A stretch of DNA of 64,000 nt from Squalus acanthias (GCA_030390025.1 CM059432.1:36086001-36150000); one strand, 5' to 3'; counted from the first letter of the stretch, positions 1 to 12,212 are shown. Notes: generated by a model from the letters alone, not told the origin. Program-made: numbers and translations.

Positions 1-856
1 TTGCACTGGCATGCTGGCTATGCCATCATTGAGGATGGGGATATTCATGGAGCCTCCTCCTTCCGTTAGTTGTTTAATGGTCCGCCACCATTCACGACTG
101 GATGTGGCAGGACTGCAGAGCTTTGTTCTGATCCGTTGATTGTGGGATCGCTTAGCTCTGTCTATCGCATGCCGCTTCCGCTGGTTAGCATGCATGGGTC
201 CTGTGTTGCAGCTTCCCCAGGTTGGCACCTCATTTTTAGGTAAGAGTGGTGCTGCTCCTGGCACACTCTTCTGCACTCCTCATTGAACCAGGTTCCCTGG
301 CTTGACAGTAATGGTAGAGTGAGGCATATGCCGGGCCATGAGGTTACAGATTGTGGTGGAATACAATTCTGTTGCTGCTGATGGCCCACAGCACCTCATG
401 GATGCTCAGTTTTGAGCTGCTAGATCTGTTCTGAATCTATCCCATTTAGCACGGTGGTAGTGCCACACAACACGATGGAGGGTGTCCTCAGTGTGAAGAC
501 GGGATTCGTCTCCATAAGGACTGTGCGGTGGTCAATGCTACCAATACTGTCATGGACAGATGCATCTGCGATCGGTAGATTGGTGAGGACGAGGTCAAGT
601 AGGTTTTTTCCTTGTGTTGGTTCTTTCACCACCAGTTGCAGACCCAGACTGGCAGCTATGTCCTTCAGGATTCAGCCAGCTCGGTCAGTAGTGGTGCTAC
701 TGAGCCACTCTTGGTGATGGACATTGAAGTCCCCCACCCAGAGTACATTCTGTGCCCTTGCTACCTCAGTGCTTCTTTCAAGTGGTGTTCATATATGGAG
801 GAGTACGGATTCATCAGCTGAGGGAGGGCGGTAGGTGGTAATCAGTAGGAGGTTTC
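1..856 (-). mobile_element. LINE fragment (CR1/L2-group non-LTR retrotransposon), endonuclease C-terminus to linker, runs off the window edge
   Basis: Minus-strand ORF 420-632 has EPTQGKNLLDLVLTN...SIDH (APE endonuclease end). Positions 1-517 are the reverse complement of about 871-1395. Confidence 0.85.
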
Positions 857-869
857 ATTGCCCATGCTC

Positions 870-3115
870 ATTGTGGAGATGAAGTCCCATCTTCACACTG
901 AGGACACCCTCCATCGTGTTGTGTGGCACTACCACCGTGCTAAATGGGATAGATTCAGAACAGATCTAGCAGCTCAAAACTGGGCATCCATGAGGTGCTG
1001 TGGGCCATCAGCAGCAACAGAATTGTATTCCACCACAATCTGTAACCTCATGGCCCGGCATATCCCTCACTCTACCATTACCATCAAGCCAGGGGACCAA
1101 CCCTGGTTCAATAAGGAGTGTAGAATAGCGTGCCAGGAGCAGCACCAGGCGTACCTAAAAATGAGGTGCCAACCTGGGGAAGCTACACCACAGGACTACA
1201 TGCATGCTAAAAAGCAGAAGCAGCATGTTATAGACAGGGCTAAGTGATCTCACAATCAACGGATCAGATCAAAGCTCTGCAGTCCTGACACATCCAGTCA
1301 TGAATGGTGGTGGACCATTAAACAACTAATGGGAGGAGGAGGCTCCATGAATATCCCCATCCTCAATGATGGTGGAGCCCAGCATGTGAGTGCAAAAGAC
1401 AAGGCTGAAGCGTTTGCAACCATCTTCAGCCAGAAGTGCCGAGAGGATGATCCATATCGGCCTACTCCCGAGGTCCCCACCGTCACAGAAGCCAGTCTTC
1501 AGCCAATTCAATTCACTCCACGTGATATCAAGAAATGCCTGAGCACACTGGATACAGCAAAGGCTATGGGCCCCAACAACATCCCGGCTATCGTGCTGAA
1601 GATTTGTGCTCCAGAACTAGCCGCGCCTCTAGCTAACCTGTTCCAGTACAGCTACAACACTGGCATCTACCCGACAAAGTAGAAAACAGCCCAGGTATGT
1701 CCTGTCCACAAAAAGCAGGACAAATCCAACCCAGCCAATTACCGCCCCATCAGTCTACTCTCAATCACCAGCAAAGTGATGGAAGGTGTCATCGACAATG
1801 CTATCAAGCGGCACTTACTCACCAATAAACTGCTCACTGATGCCCAGTTTGGGTTCCGCCAAGACCACTCGGCTCCCGGCCTCATTGCAGCCTTGGTCCA
1901 AACATGGACAAAGGAGCTGAATTCCAAAGGTGAGGTGAGAGTGACTGCCCTTGACATCAAGGCAGCATTTGACTGAGTGTGGCATCAAGGAGCCCTAGTA
2001 AAACTGAAGTCAATGGGAAATGGGGGAAAACTCTCCACTGGCTGGAGTCATACCTAGCACAAAGGAAGATGGTTGTCGTAGTTGAAGGTCAATCATCACA
2101 GCCCCAGGACATCACTGCAGGAGTTCCTCATGGCAGTGTCCTAGGCCCAACCATCTTCAGCTGCTTCATCAATGACCTTCCCTCCAACATAAGGTTAGAA
2201 ATGGGGATGTTCGCTGATGACTGCACAAAGTTCAGCGCCATTCACAACTCCTCAGATAATGAAGCAGTCCATGCCCACATCCAACAAGACCTGGACGATG
2301 TTCAGGCTTGGGCTGATAAGTGGCAGGTAACATTCGTGCCACAGAAGTGCCAGGCAATGACTATCTCCAACAAGCGAGAGTCTAACCACCTCCCCTTGAC
2401 ATTCAACGGCATTACCTTCGCCGAATCCCCCACCATCAACATCCTGAGGGTCACCATTGACCAGAAACTTAACTGGACCAGCCACATAAATACTGTGGCA
2501 ACAGGAGCAGGTCAGAGGCTAGGTATTCTGTGGCGAGTGTCTCACCTCCTGACTCCCCAAAGCCTTTCCACCATCTACAAGACACAAGTAAGGAGTGTGA
2601 TGGAATACTCTCCACTTGCCTGGATGAGTGCAGCTCCAACAACACTCAAGAAGCTCAACACCATCCAGGACAAAGCAGCCCACTTGATTGGCACCCCATC
2701 CACCACCTTAAACATTCACACTCTCCACCACCGACGTACCGTGGCTGCAGTGTGTACCATCTACAAGATGCACTGCAGCAACTCGCCAAGGCTGCTTCGG
2801 CAGCACCTCCCAAACCCGCGACCTCTTCCACCTAGAAGGACAAGGGCAGCAGAGGCATGGGAACACCACCACCTCCAAGTTCCCCTCCAAGTCACACACC
2901 ATCCTGACTTAGAAATATATCGCCGATCCTTCATCGTTGCTGGGTCAAAATCCTGGCACTCCCTACCGAACAGCACTGTGGGAGTACCATCACCACACGG
3001 ACTGCAGCTGTTCATGAAGGCGGCTCACCACCACCTTCTCAAGGGCAACTAGGGATGGGCAATAAATGCCGGCCTTGCCAGCGATGCCCACATCCCAAAA
3101 GCGAATAAAATAAAA
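870..3115 (+). mobile_element. 5'-truncated, inactivated LINE ORF2 (reverse transcriptase) with 3' UTR and A-rich tail
   Basis: RT motifs YRPISLL, QFGFR, ALDIKAAFD, GVPHGSVLGP, FADD. In-frame stops at 1245, 1680 and 1974 plus a frameshift near 2010. Ends gggatgggcaataaatgcc...aataaaataaaa. Confidence 0.92.
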
Positions 3116-3117
3116 TA

Positions 3118-3352
3118 TAGGTAAGGACAGCAGATTTCCTTCCTAGAGGACATTAGTGAACCAGATGGGTTTTTACGACAATCTGATAGTTATAGTTTCA
3201 TGGTTGCTGATACTAGCTTTTTATTCCAGATTTATTTAATTAACTGAATTTGAATTCCCCAGTTGCCATGGGATTTGAATTCTATGTCTCAATGGATCAT
3301 TTAGTCCAGGCCTCTGGATTATTAGTTCAGTAACATAACCACTATGCTACCA
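3118..3352 (-). mobile_element. tRNA-head SINE fragment (same family as 19060-19480)
   Basis: Shares ggtaaggac..ggacattagtgaaccag..gggatttgaa..ctggattattagt..cataaccac with copies at about 10045, 19060 and 40630. Confidence 0.7.
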
Positions 3353-3456
3353 TTCTAGTGGAGGTGGAGGTGCGGTCTTTTGGACAAGACTTTAAACTGA
3401 GGTCCCGTCTGCCCTCTCAGCTGGGTGTAAAAGATCCCATGGCACTATCGAAGAAG

Positions 3457-3728
3457 TCATGATGCGGAGATGCCGGTGTTGGACTGGGGTGGACAAAATT
3501 GAGAGGTCGCACAACACCAGGTTATAGTCCAACAGTTTTATTTGAAATCACAAGCTTTCGGATCTATCGATTGCCCCTTCCTCAGGTGAAGTAAATTAGA
3601 TACAGAAAGCTTTGGCGATTCTGTATCTAATTTACTTCACCTGAGGAAGGGGCAATCGATAGCTCCGAAAGCTTGTGATTTCAAATAAAACTGTTGGACT
3701 ATAACCTGGTGTTATGCGACCTCTCAAT
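3457..3728. mobile_element. Penelope-like non-autonomous fold-back element (inverted pLTRs plus tail)
   Basis: 110-bp arms 3498-3607 and 3619-3728 (2 mismatches), 11-nt loop, one-sided tail 3457-3497. 13-bp TSD actatcgaagaag at 3444-3456 and 3729-3741. Confidence 0.85.
3637..3678 (+). ncRNA. Minimal type-I hammerhead ribozyme-like motif (mirror copy on minus strand at 3548-3589)
   Basis: TCAC-CTGAGGA-A-GGGGC-loop-GCTCC-GAAA-GC-TT-GTGA: core boxes, stems I and II, and palindromic AGCT in place of stem III. Confidence 0.65.
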
Positions 3729-5014
3729 ACTATCGAAGAAGAACAGGGGATTTCACTCCAGTGTCATGGCCAATATTTATCCCTCAACGAACATCACTAA
3801 AACAGATTATCTTATTATATTGTTGTTTGTGGGATCTTGCCATGTGCTGCCGCGTTTCCTACATTACAACAGTGATTACACTTATAAGTACCTCATTGGA
3901 TTTAAATGCTTTGGGACATCCTGAAGTTGTGAATGGTGCTATATAAATGCAAGTTCTTTCTTTATAGGATCTTTTTAGTATCTTTACCTCAGCTGCTTAC
4001 ACAGTCGCCCACTGTAACTCATTCTTTCCCATCCCCTATCTCCTCAATCTTCCCTTCCCCCCCTTGACAATCAACAGGCTTTTAAAACCCAAGCATAGCG
4101 TCAACTATTCTATAATGCTTAATTTATCTCACCTTGTCTCCGACTCTTATGCACCTTGGTGTTGTTTAGCACTGTAGGCCTAGGTTTCCTAATTTAAAAA
4201 AACCTTTTCATTTAAAGAAAAAGTTTAGGCTAATGTGAGACAGAAAAGCTCCTTTTGAGAGAAAAAGGGCAGTTTAAGTGTTGCGAGTCTAATCTCTTTT
4301 TTTATTGCTCTCTAGTATTGGCCGCTTTACTGCTGCAAATCCCCCCTCCTCCTCCCCAGGGGGAGGATCTGGGCCTGTAGTGCACACACACCTCTGGACA
4401 TCAGTGGCCTGCTTTGATGTCTGGGCCTAGCTATTGTTAAGCAGGAAGCATCCATCTGTCACTTCAGAAATCAGCCAGGACACCCCGGGGGTGGGGGTGA
4501 GACTTGAATAGTTTACGAGAGGCCGCAGTAAAACGCTGTTTGCCCAATGATCAGGAGAGAGAAGTGTGAGGAGATGGATTTGGGCGTCAAGGAAGCAGCA
4601 GCACCTTCAAAGCAGCTGTGCGATCATCTGCAGTTAAAGGAGAGTGTAGATGAATGACAAGTAGACCCCCAAACCAGTCCGTTTAAAGATTTGAACCTTC
4701 CTCGCAAATGTCCCTGATGGCTCAGTTAGTTAATGTACCACCTAGTCTGGCACTGACCTACACAGACCAGGAAAATCCCAGGCTCGATCCTGGTTTGTGC
4801 TGAGTCAGCTCTCAGCCAGTGCAACAGTAAGGAATCACAAGACAAATACAAATGAGGAAGGCCATTCAGCCCATCTCATCCATCCAGAGAGACCCGAGGG
4901 ACCATGGCACATCCAATTGTTTCTTAAATCCAGGCTGACAGTCCAGTGCAGTACCGAGACAGTTGGATAGCCTGTCAACACTTTCTGTTTTATTTGTTCT
5001 TGGGCTGTGGGCGT

Positions 5015-5310
5015 TACTGTTGTAATGTAAGAAATGTGGCAGCTAATTTGTGCACAGCAAGGTCCCAAAAACAACAATGAGATAGTGGCCAGATAATCTG
5101 TTTTTGTGATGCTGGTTGAGGGATAAATATTGGCCAAGACACTGGGAGAACTACCCTGCTCTTCTTCGAAATACTGCCATGGGATCTTTCATGTCCACCT
5201 GAGAGAGCAGATTTTACATCTCCTCTGAAAGATGGCACCTCCAACAGTATAGCTCTTCCACAGAACTGCACTGTAGTGTTAGTCTAGATTTTGTGCTGAA
5301 GTCTCTGGGA
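5015..5310 (-). mobile_element. DeuSINE fragment
   Basis: Reverse complement of the SINE body seen at 15875-16330. Confidence 0.8.
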
Positions 5311-5311
5311 T

Positions 5312-5752
5312 CTGTGCTTGCTGATCTACATTGGCTCCCGGTTAAGCAATGCCTCGATTTCTAAATTCTCATCCTTGTTTTCAAATCCCTCCATGGCTTC
5401 GCCCCTCTCTATCTCTGTAATCTCCTCCAGCTCCACAACCCCTCGAGATATCTGTGCTCCTCTAATTCTGCCCTCTTGAGCATCCCTGATTATAATCGCT
5501 CAACCATTGGTGGCCGTGCCTTCTGTTGCCTAGGCTGTAAGCTCTGGAATTCCCTCCCTAAACCTCTCTACCTCTCTTTCCTCCTTAAAGACACTCCTTA
5601 AAACCTACCTCTTTGACCAAGCTTTTGGTCACCTGCCCTAATTTCTCCTTATGTGGCTCGGTGTCAAATTTTTTGTCTTATAATACACCTGTGAAGTGCC
5701 TTGAGACATTTTACTACGTTAAAAGCGCTATACAAGTTGTTGCTGTTGTTGT
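5312..5752 (+). mobile_element. L2-type LINE 3' end
   Basis: Encodes L2-typical LHWLPV..FKSLHG remnant and ends aagcgctatacaagttgttgctgttgtt. Related pieces at 12705-12990 and 41020-42440. Confidence 0.7.
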
Positions 5753-6809
5753 TATATTTGACTTTAACCCAGAACCTTCTGATTCAGAGGTGAGAGTGCA
5801 ATCACTGAGTTATGGCTAACACTAATACCTCATCCGTGTGAGGCTAGATAGTGAGCGCTGGGTGGCTATTTGACTATGGGGGGTAGGGGGTTGGGGTACC
5901 TTCTTGATACAGCTGAGTGGTTTTCTGGGCCACTTCAGAGGACAGTTAAGAGTTTACTACCTGGGCTGACATGTGACTCCAGTTCCACACTACATGGTTG
6001 ACTCTTAATGGTCTAACAAGCCAACCAGTTGTAAAAAGAAATACTCATGAAGGCTCGCCGGCTTCTTAAGGTAATTAGGGATTGATCAGAGTTGCCTACA
6101 TCCGAAGAACAAATATACATGATGATCGGTCAATAGTCATCCTCCATGACTGTTAAAATAAACATTTGCAAATTTTGTGCTCATCAGGTAAAGGGTGTTA
6201 CTGAACTGTTTGAAGAAGAGCAGGGAGTTTTCCAGGTGTCCGAGCCAACATGCCTCCATCAACATCATACAGCAAAATACAGATTAAGTTATTAAGTTAT
6301 TCATCTTATTGCTGCTCATGGGATCTTGCTGTGTGCAAAATGGCTGCCACATAAGAACAGTCTCTACACATCAAAGTAATTAATTGATTGTGAAGCTCTT
6401 TGCGACATCTCTTGAGAGATGTGAGCGAGGTTATATAAATACAAGTTCTTTCTGGTTGCTGGTGAATGGAGCTCTCCCTTCTGCTAGTGTCCTCTCCGCC
6501 TGCTCACCTGAACCTGACTCCTCACTGAGATACAGCTGGGTGGGCTACAGACACCCTCTGATACCTCACCCATGTGAGGCTAGATAGTGAGTGCTGGGAG
6601 GCTATTTGACGGTGGGTGGGGACACCACAGCCAAGCCCTACTCATCTTCACCCGTCATCAACTTTTTAACAAAGGAGCGGGAATCCTGGTTTGTTTTTGC
6701 TCCTCACCAGCCCAGGGCACGGAGGGTGATTGTAGCATCTTAGCTACAGGGTCAGGTAACTCTACAGCACAGGAATTGCACCCAGGAACCTTTTGGATTG
6801 TATGGTTTA

Positions 6810-8065
6810 CAGACATAGAATTACATAGAATATACAGCACAGAAACAGGCCATTCGGCCCAACTGGTCTATGCCGGTGTTTATGCTCCACATGAGCCCCT
6901 TCCCACTCTAATTACCTCTTCCCACCCTGCTCCCATATTCCTCTATTCCCTTCTCCATCGTACATGCATCAAGTCACCCATAAATGCATCAATGCTCTCT
7001 GCTTCAACCACTCCAAGTGGCAGCGAGTTCCACATTCTCACCACTCTGTGTAATGAAATTCCTGCTCTTAAAATCTTCATTTGATCTGTTAGTGACTATC
7101 TTATATTATGCCCCCTTGTTCTGGACTCAGCCGCAAGTCGAAACAGTTTCTCCACATCTACTCTGTCAAACCCCTTCATAGTTTTAAAGACCTCCATCAG
7201 GTCTCCTCTTCGTCTTCTCCTTTCCAAAGAAAAGAGCCCCAGCCTTCTCAGTTTTTCCTGATAGTTACATTCTCTCAATTCTGTAAATCTTTTCTGCGCT
7301 TTCTCCAGTGCTTCTATATTCTTTTTGCAATGTGGAGACTAAAAGTGCACACTGTACTTCAAGTGTGGTCTAACCAAGGTTCCATCTCAATTTTACTTTA
7401 CTTCCCTGTTTTGTAACACGGTGGCACAGTGGTTAGCACTGGTGCTTCACAGCGCCAGGGACCCGGGTTCGAATCTGACCTCGGGTGACTGTCTGTGTGG
7501 AGTTTGCACATTCTCCCCGTGTCTGCGTGGGTTTCCTCCGGGTGCTCCGGTTTCCTCCCACAGTCCAAAAATGTGCGGGTTAGGTTAATTTGGCTATGAT
7601 AAATTGACCCTTAGTGTTAGGGGGGGATTAAATATGTGGGGTTGATGGGATATGTTAGGGGGAATTAAATACGTGGGGTTACGGGGATAGGGTGGGATAG
7701 GTGCAGGCTCGATGTGGGGATTCGGTGTGAGAAAGCAGGGACAGGGTACTGGATTTGGATGATCAGCCATGATCGTATTGAATGGTGGAGCAGGCTCGAC
7801 GGGCCGAATGGCCTACTCCTGCTCCTAGTTTCTATGTCTATGTCTATGTCTATGTATTCTATTCCTCTAGAAATGAACCCCAGTACTGTGTGCACTCGTC
7901 ATGGCCTTATCAAGTTGTGTTGCTACGTTTAGTGACTTATTTATCTGCATTCAGTTTCTCACCTTCCACAGAATAATTGGCCTCCTTATTCCTCCTACTA
8001 AAATGAACCACCTCACACTTTGACATATTGAATTTCATTTGCCATTTATCCGCCCACTCTGCATC
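6810..8065 (-). mobile_element. CR1 LINE 3' fragment with nested V-SINE
   Basis: Minus-strand peptides WADKWQMKFNMSKCEVVHF and LGLFSLERRRRRGDLMEVFK; ttctatg-type tail near 6810. Confidence 0.85.
7416..7856 (+). mobile_element. V-SINE (HE1-like shark SINE)
   Basis: tRNA-like head (tggcacagtggttagc...gggttcgaat), V-domain gtgtggagtttgcacattctccccgtgtctgcgtgggtttcctccgggtgctccggtttcctcccacagtccaaa, and CR1-type tail with (tctatg)n. Confidence 0.88.
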
Positions 8066-8299
8066 ATAGCAAGCAAGTTCTTTACCCACTAGGCCGTGGG
8101 GGAAGCCCAAGCAGTAAGTTAAATATTGCTGCCAGACGTGGGAAGGGCAACACTCCAGCAGATACCTTTGAACGCCCTCTCCCCTCACCAGCTGCCCCTG
8201 TGTGCCGCCATGCCCCTCACTGGGGAGCCAGTAGAAAGAGACCCTTGTTTTCTGTGCTCGTAGGGCCAGTGATAAGCTGGGATCTGACTCCCAAGCGAG

Positions 8300-9420
8300 G
8301 GCGTGGAGTTAGAGTCGCCAGCTCTAGTTGGACGTATTCCTGGAGATTCAAACACATGACTTAATGCCTCCAACCACCTCTCCCCGTACTCCCGCCACTG
8401 GTCGCCTAACACGTCCATCATATGCACCACCTTCCCACGCCAATTGGAAAGCGAACAGATTCATACCCAATTGGGAGACTCTTGACTGTCAGTCAAACAG
8501 CCTTTTAATACATTACAACAGTGACTACACTTCAAAAAAAAGTACTTCAATGGCTGTAAAGCGCTTTGGGACATCCTAAGGTTGTGAAAGGCACCATATA
8601 AATGCAAGTCTTTCTTGTTTTCTTTTTACTCCCCATCTCCAATATTTCTATAACTAATAAATGTAAGTGTTCAAAGAAAATTAAGAGAAAGACACATAAT
8701 TTTTTTAATGCCCTTATGGAACCTCCAGGAATGTCTTACTGCAATTATACAGGGCCCTGGTGAGACCACACCTGGAGTATTGTGAACAGTTTTGGTCTCC
8801 TTACCTAAGGAAGGATATACTTTCCATAGAGGGAGTGCAACGAAGGTTCACCAGACTAATTCCTGGGATGGGGGGATTGTCCTATGAGGAGAGATTGAGT
8901 AGACGAGGCCTATATTCTCTAGAGTTTAGAAGAATGAGAGGTGATCTCATTGAAACATACAAAATTCTTACAGGGCTTGACAGGGTAGATGCAGGGAGGA
9001 TGTTGCCCCTGGCTGGGGAGTCTGGAACCAGGGGTCACAGTCTCAGAATAAGGGGTCGGCCATTTAGGACGGAGATGAGGAGAAATTTCTTCACTCAGAG
9101 GGTGGTGAATCTTTGGAATTCTCTACCCCAGAGGGCTGTGGAGGCTCAGTCGTTGAGTATATTCAAGACAGAGGTCGATAGATTTTTGAATATTAAGGGA
9201 ATCAAGGGATATGGGGATAGTGCGGGGAAAGTGGAGATATAAGGTAGAAGATCAGCCATGATCTTATTGAATGGTGGAGCAGGCTTGAACAGCCAAATGG
9301 CCTACTCCTGCTCCTATTTCTTATGTTCTTATGATTTTTTTCTCCCGGGTTGCTTTCAGGGGCGATTAATCTTTAATTCCTGGAGACTCCAGGTCAATCT
9401 GGGAGGGTTGGCAAACCCTA
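8300..9420 (+). mobile_element. Degenerate DNA-transposon relic (TAGGGTTGCC-type ends) split by a SINE tail (8510-8620) and a CR1 insert (8730-9335)
   Basis: 8400-8510, 8620-8730 and 9340-9420 align consecutively with the uninterrupted copy at 29451-29798. Confidence 0.6.
8730..9335 (+). mobile_element. CR1 LINE 3' end
   Basis: ORF 8760-9242 RPHLEYC..WSPYLRKDI..RRMRGDLIETYK..FFTQRVVNLWNSLP; tail ttcttatgttcttatg. Confidence 0.92.
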
Positions 9421-12008
9421 CATGGAGTTTGCCTACTTTATATTAGGCCCTACCTCTGACAGCACTGTACCGCTGTAAAATTACCTTTTAACTGGGCACA
9501 GTTTAAAGGACTGCACCAGATGAAGGAGAAGGTGCACGTGTGAATATGTAAAGGGAGGAAGGGAGGGGCAGGGCCATTGCTGAGTTTGATGGATGAGCTG
9601 TATAGTCTATTCCCTTCTTATTGAACATGTTTTTAAAAGGCTCGCTCTGTATTTCCTGAGTTGGAGCTCAGAGGCTCAGACTGCGGGACTGGGAGGGTGG
9701 GGGTGGAATCAGGCCTTGCACATCAAAGGCACCGAGAATCAAACCAGGCTTAAACACAGGAAACCTAGCCCCCAGGGCCTCAAATAAAACCCGCCTCTTT
9801 AAAGCAACACATCCCTCCACTCAAGTTATAGTACAACAGCTGTTGAAAAACAAATGACATGTTGTATTAATATATTAACAAAATTTACAATTAAATGCAT
9901 ATAAATATATGTTTGTGTTTGTGTGTAAAATGTTAAGGAAGCGAGTTTTATATATATATTAATAATATTGATAATATATTAAAAATCTTACCATCTTTCA
10001 TGTCAACTTTTGTACATTATAAATTCCATATTTTACTTTTTTGTTACATTCATTCTTGGGATGTGGTGTCGCTGGCAAGGCTGCATTTATTGCCCATCCT
10101 TAGTTGCCCAGGTTTGGTACAACTGAGTCACTTGCTCGGCCACTTCAGAGGGCAGTTAAGAGTCAACCACGTTGGTGTGGGACTGGAGTCACATATAGGC
10201 CAGACTGGGTAAGGCCACTTTCACTGATGCCAGCTTTTTTAGTTCCAGATTTTTAAAACTGAATTAAAATTCTCAAACTGCCATGGTGGGAGATGAGCTC
10301 ACAGTTCTCTGGATTATTAATCCAGTCACATAACCAGTAATGCATTTATGTTTGTGTGTGCAGATGCTGGGTGAGAGGAGGATTAGGCTAGGCTGTTGTG
10401 CCTTCCGTGGTTGAATAGCCTGCTGACACCCACTGACTCTAGGCTCATGCCATGAGTGAAGAATGTGCAGTAAGGAGAGGTGATTGAGGGCTGTCTGTAC
10501 CTGTGCAATCCCTATCCCAGCAGGAGTGGCGAGGAGCAAACTGTCATAGAATTCCAAGCCCTCGTACAGGTATCTGAGAGGAACAAAATTAGTAAAATGC
10601 TTAATCAATTGAAAAACAAAAACACTTCCTGTTCAGCATAATCCAGGCTGGGACTTCAGTGCAGTACTGAGGGAGTGTTGCTCTGTCGGAGGTGCTGCTC
10701 CAAGGGTGATGTGTTAAACTGCCAGTTTAGGTGTGTTGGCCAACATTCCTCCCTCAACCAACACCACCAATAAAACAGATTAACTACTCATTCATCTCAT
10801 TGCTGTTTGTGGGATCTTGCTATGAGCAAAATGGACGCTACACTTACCCGCAATTTCATTCATGCCTGGGATCTTTCTGATACCTCATAAGCTGCTGCTA
10901 TGTAAAGTAAGTTCTTTCTCTCTCTTTCAAAATACTACGTGTGCTGAAGCAGTCCGAGGCTTAGCTGGTGTGCCCACCATTGCTGAATAGCTTGCTGCCG
11001 CTCACTGTCTCGACTCACACATGAAGATTGGCCGCTTGGGTTCCATACCCATGGAGCTGTACTCCTGCAAGGGGTCAATATCTTCAGGGAAGTAGGGGTA
11101 TGATTAAAAAGAGAAGACAGCTCACACTTTGCACTGTTGCTTTGCCTTCTAGAGTTCAAACACTCCCAAAGGGAGTGACTGCAACTGGTGTTTTTTTTAA
11201 GACAAGTTCACCCAAGTCTCAGCTCAAGTCTGCAAACAGTGTCCAAAATAAAAACAAATAATTGACAGTTCAGGATAAATCTGAAATAAACGTACACAGC
11301 AAGTGTGACAGGTTAACATTTAGGGAATGTCCTGCTCTAGTCAGCCCAAATAATAACCTGCCTTTCTCTGGCTATCCCAATGGGTAAAGGCACCATCTAA
11401 TCAGGTATAAAGCCACACAGACCGGGGAGGGCCTGGGTTTGAGTCCTAGTCTGTGCTGAGTTAGTTGCAACTGGGTTAGGAAGGAGTCAACCAGCTGGGA
11501 TCTCACTCCTGATCTCTATCCAGTGACATAACAACAAGAATAGGCCATTCAGCCCCTCAAGCCTGTTCCGCCATTCAATTAGATCATAGCTAATCTGTAC
11601 CCCAACTCCATTTAGCCGTCTTTGCTCCATATGCCTTGATACCCCTGCCTAACAAAAATCTATTGATCTCAGTCTTGAAAATGTATATTGTCCCAGCATC
11701 CACTGCCTTTTGGGGTAGAGAGTTCAAGATTTCCACTACCCTTAGTGTGAAAAAGTGCTTCCTGATTTCACTTCTGAATGGCCTAGCTCTAATTTTAAGA
11801 TTATGTTCTCTTGTGCTGGTTCCCCCACCAGAGGAAATGGTTTCTCCATTTCTACCCTATCAAGTCCCGCGATGCCCTGCTGGAACCTGTGCTGATGTTG
11901 GGTGAGGACAAGATCGGGGGTGGCTGATGTGGATCCCACCCTATTGCCATGTAGATTCCAAGCTCACGTCTGAGGTGAGGCAGGGCAACCTAACCCTACC
12001 TAACACAA

Positions 12009-12212
12009 TCATGATGCGGAGATGCCGGTGTTGGACTGGGGTGGACAAAAGTGAGAAGTCGCACAACACCAGGTTATAGTCCAACAGTTTTATTTGAAAT
12101 CACAAGCTTTCGGAGCGCTGCTCCTTCGTCAGGTGAAGGCTTCACCTGACGAAGGGGCAGCAGCTCCGAAAGCTTGTGATTTCAAATAAAACTGTTGGAC
12201 TATAACCTGGTA
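12009..12212. mobile_element. Penelope-like fold-back element, short copy, with hammerhead-like motif (12142-12179 on +)
   Basis: Same tail as the 3457 copy. About 70-bp arms 12068-12138 and 12140-12211 around a 1-nt centre. Flanking duplication taacacaatcatg at 12001-12013 and 12213-12225. Confidence 0.82.

Larger units (their letters stand above)
3360..3963 (+). mobile_element. DeuSINE (SacSINE1/AmnSINE1-like) interrupted by a fold-back element
   Basis: Deu-domain-like core taaactgaggtccc...aaaagatcccatggcact..gaagaag and 3' end gctatataaatgcaagttctttc. Confidence 0.8.

Noticed and set aside
1979..3052. 357-aa RT ORF as an active retroelement or host gene
   Set aside because: The upstream part of ORF2 has stops and a frameshift, and the 5' end is truncated.
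7416..7490. tRNA genes at SINE heads (also 15875, 31630, 59946)
   Set aside because: A/B boxes continue into SINE bodies and there is no complete cloverleaf.
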